64,000 bases of DNA from an uncultured Chloroflexia bacterium. Lineage in GTDB: Bacteria; Chloroflexota; Limnocylindria; Limnocylindrales; CSP1-4. The notes beneath the pieces were generated by a model that was not told the origin of the DNA, did not search any database, and saw only the letters and a list, made by a program, of their open reading frames with translations. This document shows positions 60,615 through 64,000 of the stretch, piece after piece (position 1 is the first letter of the stretch; the number at the start of each line of letters is the position of its first letter). Made by a program: the position numbers and the translations under genes. The stretch is from the NCBI GenBank assembly GCA_963766735.1, contig CAVYBU010000007.1, positions 96,001 to 160,000 on the forward strand, given 5' to 3'.

Positions 60615-60725
60615 TCAGCCGGGGGTGACCGCGCCTGGCGAACCGACCATCGCGGCCAGCAGGCCGGCGACGACGAAGAAGGCGACGATGATCATCAGCA
60701 GGCGGGCGCTTCGAGCACCGGGCAT
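60615..60725 (-). CDS. 36-aa single-TM micropeptide, below the ORF-track cutoff
   Basis: GGAGG overlapping the yajQ stop; MPGARSARLLMIIVAFFVVAGLLAAMVGSPGAVTPG. Confidence 0.6.
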   Translation of the reverse strand: MPGARSARLLMIIVAFFVVAGLLAAMVGSPGAVTPG

Positions 60726-60735
60726 GGGTAACCTC

Positions 60736-61227
60736 CTACCGGTAGTTGTCGAACTGGAGCGGAACGGCCTCATCGAGCTCGCGCAGTCGAACGATCACCT
60801 TCTGCAGCTCGTCCCTGCTCTTGCCGGCCACCCGGATGGCGTCGCCCTGGATGCGGGGCTGCACCTTCGGGAACTCGTCCCGGATCAGCTTGACCAACTT
60901 CCTCGCGAGATCATCCGGCAAGCCGCGCCTCAGGGTGATCTCCTGGCGGACCTTGTTGCCACCAGCCGGTTGCACCTCGCCCCAGTCGAAGATCTTGAGG
61001 GACAGGTTCCGGCGGACGGCCTTCGACTCGATGAGGTCGCGGATCGCCCGCGCCCGCATCTCGCTGTCCGTGACCAGGACGATCCGCTCCTTCTCCTGGG
61101 TCAGGTCAACGTGAGCGCCCTTGAAGTCGTACCTCTGCTGGACCTCCCGGCGAACCTGGTCCAGGGCGTTCCGGAGCTCCTGCTCATCGAAGTCCGAGAC
61201 GACGTCGAACGAGATCTCGCCCGCCAT
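60736..61227 (-). CDS. yajQ: YajQ family nucleotide-binding protein
   Basis: SFDVVS, RYDFKG, IQGD.IRV.GKSRDELQ, LQFDNYR. Confidence 0.95.
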   Translation of the reverse strand: MAGEISFDVVSDFDEQELRNALDQVRREVQQRYDFKGAHVDLTQEKERIVLVTDSEMRARAIRDLIESKAVRRNLSLKIFDWGEVQPAGGNKVRQEITLRRGLPDDLARKLVKLIRDEFPKVQPRIQGDAIRVAGKSRDELQKVIVRLRELDEAVPLQFDNYR

Positions 61228-61238
61228 CGGCGCTCCTT

Positions 61239-61625
61239 TCAGCCCGCGAGGTGCTCGCGGGTCACCGTCCACAACTTCAGGCGCACGATGCGCCCGTCCC
61301 CTCCAACCTCGGCGGAGAGGAACCCAGCCTGCCGGACCTTGGCCTCGATGGCGGTCCGGTTCCAGCTCGCATGCCACGCGGCCAGCACGGTATCTCCTGC
61401 GACCCAGTGGCGCTCTATGGCCAGATCGTAGTAGCGTTCCGCGCTCGCCGCCTCCAGCAAGTATGCCCGGAGGGCGTTGTGCCCGGCGAGCGCCGGCGTG
61501 AAGGGGTCCACCATCAGCTGAGCGTCTTCGGCGAACAGGTCCGTGAAGGCGTCCCCGTCATACCCGCTTCGCGCGAGGACGAGTGACGCCAGCAGGTCGT
61601 GGCCCTGGGCATAGCTGAGCGTCAT
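61239..61625 (-). CDS. SnoaL/NTF2-like protein
   Basis: LFAEDA..DPF..L.GH.ALRAY pattern. Confidence 0.8.
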   Translation of the reverse strand: MTLSYAQGHDLLASLVLARSGYDGDAFTDLFAEDAQLMVDPFTPALAGHNALRAYLLEAASAERYYDLAIERHWVAGDTVLAAWHASWNRTAIEAKVRQAGFLSAEVGGDGRIVRLKLWTVTREHLAG

Positions 61626-63211
61626 CGGGATCCCAGGTGCTCCAGGAGCAGCTCGCCGATCCGGTACGAGCGCCCGCCACCCATCACCAGCACGACGTCT
61701 CCGGCCCGGACCTCGTCGGCCAGCCAGCGAGCCGTTGCCTCCACGGATCCCGGCGCGCCAACCGGGATCCCGGGAGCACGGGCCGCGACGGCGCGAGCAA
61801 GTCCTTCGGCGGAGGCGATGGTCGTATCCGGATCACGACCGGCCCAGATGTCGGCGATCGCGACCGCATCGGCGCCTGCGAGGGCCTCGGCAAACGCATC
61901 GAGCAGAGCCGCAGTGCGATGGAAGGTGAGCGGTTCATACACGGCCCAGGCCCGGCGCCCGGGCTCCCGCTGGCGTACGGCGGCAAGGGTCTCGCGAATG
62001 GCCGTGGGGTGATGGCCGTAGTCGTCGTAGACAACCACGCCGGCTGCTTCGCCCTTGCGCTCAAGCCGGCGACCCACACCCGGGAACGTCGCGAGGCCCT
62101 GCGCGATGGCCGCAGCCGACAACCCCACGGCGGCCGCGGCGCCGGCAACCCCCAGCGCGTTCGCCGCGTTGTGACGCCCCGCCGTGGGGAGACGGACCGT
62201 CCGCGGGCCCGCATCGGCGTCAACGCCGACGACCTCCAGCACCGTCATGTCGCGCTCGGCGGCCGTGATCCGGCCGAGGAGCGGGGAAGCCGGCCCGCAG
62301 GCAGACCCGAACTGATCGGAGATGTTGCGGACGTACCCATCGAGCTGCCGCGGGACGATGTCCACGACCGCCGTGGCCACGATTCGTCCAGGCCAGTCAG
62401 AGAGCCGGCCCACCAGCTCGGCCACGCCATCGTCCGCGACATTGGCGACCAGGACCGGGATCCGGGCACTGGCTCCATCGGCCCCGCCTGCCCCCATGCG
62501 CCGGATCCAGGACTCGAATGTGGCGAGCACGGCGGCCCGGTCGGCAAAGACGTCGGGGTGATCCCACTCCGCCGATGTGATGATTGCGATCTCGGGACGA
62601 TACGGATCGAAGTTGCCGGCGTACTCATCCGCCTCCACGACAAAGGGCGCTCCCCTGCCCCGCCGAGCCGTCGCCGGGAGGTCGATCCCGGTGAGAGACG
62701 CCGGCAGCAACGCGCCGACAAACGCGCCGGGATCCGCCCCGCTGGCTGCCAGGACATGTACGAGCCAGCCCGAAGAGGTGCTCTTGCCGTGCGTACCAGC
62801 GACCGCCACGAGCCTCCGTCCGGCAGCCGCATCGGCCACGACCTGTTGCCACGACTCCAAGGGGATGCCGATCTCCCGGGCCGCGACGAGCTCCGGGTTC
62901 TCCGGGTCAATAGCCGTCAGGGCCTTGGTCACCGCCAGGCGCTCGGGTGGAGGCGTTCGGCGGACATGGGACGCGTCGTGTGCCGGCCAGACCGGGACCT
63001 CCGCGGCTTCGAGAGCCGGCGTGTACTGGCCACTGCCACCGGGATCGCAGCCATCCACGGCCGCACCGGACCAGGCCGCGAGCAGCGCAGCCGCGGACGC
63101 GCCCGCTCCCGCTGCGCCCACCACGTGGATGCGCTCTCCCACTGCTATCGCGCGGGCCGCGCGCGCCGGCGCGAGACCGGCCCCGATCTCCGCGGCCCCC
63201 CGCGTGCTCAA
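61622..63211 (-). CDS. murC: MurC/Mpl-like Mur ligase
   Basis: TTG overlapping the cinA stop; VAGTHGKSTS, EADEY, DHPD, GRHN..NA, GVGRRLE, DDYGHHPT. Confidence 0.85.
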   Translation of the reverse strand: MSTRGAAEIGAGLAPARAARAIAVGERIHVVGAAGAGASAAALLAAWSGAAVDGCDPGGSGQYTPALEAAEVPVWPAHDASHVRRTPPPERLAVTKALTAIDPENPELVAAREIGIPLESWQQVVADAAAGRRLVAVAGTHGKSTSSGWLVHVLAASGADPGAFVGALLPASLTGIDLPATARRGRGAPFVVEADEYAGNFDPYRPEIAIITSAEWDHPDVFADRAAVLATFESWIRRMGAGGADGASARIPVLVANVADDGVAELVGRLSDWPGRIVATAVVDIVPRQLDGYVRNISDQFGSACGPASPLLGRITAAERDMTVLEVVGVDADAGPRTVRLPTAGRHNAANALGVAGAAAAVGLSAAAIAQGLATFPGVGRRLERKGEAAGVVVYDDYGHHPTAIRETLAAVRQREPGRRAWAVYEPLTFHRTAALLDAFAEALAGADAVAIADIWAGRDPDTTIASAEGLARAVAARAPGIPVGAPGSVEATARWLADEVRAGDVVLVMGGGRSYRIGELLLEHLGSR

Positions 63212-63708
63212 GCCTCCGCCTCTCCGCCTGAGGCCCGCTCCAGGAGCATCTCGAGGGCGACCTCCGCCGAAGCGCGCTTGTTCTCCGTCCTGTTCCCCGG
63301 CCACTGGAAGCGGCGGACGTCCGGTGTGCCCAGGCCGGTCACGGCCACATAGGCCAGCCCGACCGGCTTCGCCTCGCTACCGCCGCCGGGGCCCGCTATG
63401 CCTGTGATCGCCACGCCCAGGTCCGTGCCGAAACGCAGCCGCACACCATCTGCCATCGCGATCGCCGTCTGGGCGGAAACCGCTCCGTGGGCGGCCAGCA
63501 CCTCGCCGGGGACACCCAACTGGGATCGCTTGACATCGTCCGCGTACGCCACCACCCCGCCGCGCAGATATGCCGACGAACCGGGGACCTCGGTGATCAG
63601 GTGGGCGACGAGCCCGCCGGTGCACGATTCCGCCGTTGCCACGGTCAGGTCGCGAGCCGCGCACATCGCCCGGAGGCGGGCGGCCAGATCGACGAGCGGG
63701 TCCGCCAC
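63208..63708 (-). CDS. cinA: CinA C-terminal / PncC nicotinamide-nucleotide amidohydrolase
   Basis: AESCTGG, PGSS, HGAVS, TGIAGPGG, KPVG. Confidence 0.93.
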   Translation of the reverse strand: MADPLVDLAARLRAMCAARDLTVATAESCTGGLVAHLITEVPGSSAYLRGGVVAYADDVKRSQLGVPGEVLAAHGAVSAQTAIAMADGVRLRFGTDLGVAITGIAGPGGGSEAKPVGLAYVAVTGLGTPDVRRFQWPGNRTENKRASAEVALEMLLERASGGEAEA

Positions 63709-63709
63709 G

Positions 63710-64000
63710 TCAGTTCCGGCTGGTCTTGACCGGATCGTCTGGGGGTGCGAACAACCAGGTCTCGGGGTTGCTCTTCGTGGACATCCGGCCCAGGTCTTTG
63801 CCGTTCAGGGTGAAGTAGGTCGCGCTGGATTTGCCGGTCCGGACCTCGACCGAGTCCTTGGCCGTGAACGTCACGACCTTGCCCGGGCCGTAGGTCTTGC
63901 CCCCGGCGCCGGTGGCGCTGGACACCTTGCCGTCAACCCAGACCTTCAGCCAAGCCGGTGCGCCCTTGATCGAGACAACGAGGGTGACGCCCTTGTACTG
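63710..64000 (-). CDS. RodZ-like C-terminal domain (DUF4115), partial
   Basis: AWLKVWVDG, TFTAKDSVEVRTG, LNGKDLG; upstream of cinA as in the conserved rodZ-cinA order. Confidence 0.7.
   Translation of the reverse strand, partial: QYKGVTLVVSIKGAPAWLKVWVDGKVSSATGAGGKTYGPGKVVTFTAKDSVEVRTGKSSATYFTLNGKDLGRMSTKSNPETWLFAPPDDPVKTSRN

Overview
High-GC bacterial chromosomal segment; gene content and order suggest Chloroflexota (inference, not tested). 1-30 kb is mostly core genes: a his operon headed by a TrpR/YerC-type regulator with a divergent hisA, an EF-G paralog, yebC-ruvCAB-tgt, recA-recX, rny-ymdB-PHP, terC, miaB-miaA, a BcsA-like GT2 and hflX. Between recX and rny sits an accessory ECF sigma/anti-sigma module whose three promoters share one motif and whose products share one beta-rich domain. 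At 30.1-31.3 kb three truncated genes surround a dif-like XerC/D site, roughly where gene orientation converges. 31-64 kb holds two AlaDH/PNT-family paralogs flanking rocD, vanW, comB, a two-component pair, an ABC exporter, a QrtT-like ECF transporter, a beta-propeller/MoaD pair, a TPP enzyme with an acidic repeat extension, yajQ, murC-like, cinA and a partial rodZ. The strongest unexplained signal is a ~330-nt nested, multi-stem intergenic RNA candidate at 56.4-56.8 kb that I could not assign to a known family. Several single-base frameshifts (tgt, anti-sigma, ymdB, a prenyltransferase-like gene, probably vanW) look like assembly indels. No tRNA, rRNA, CRISPR array or transposase was seen.
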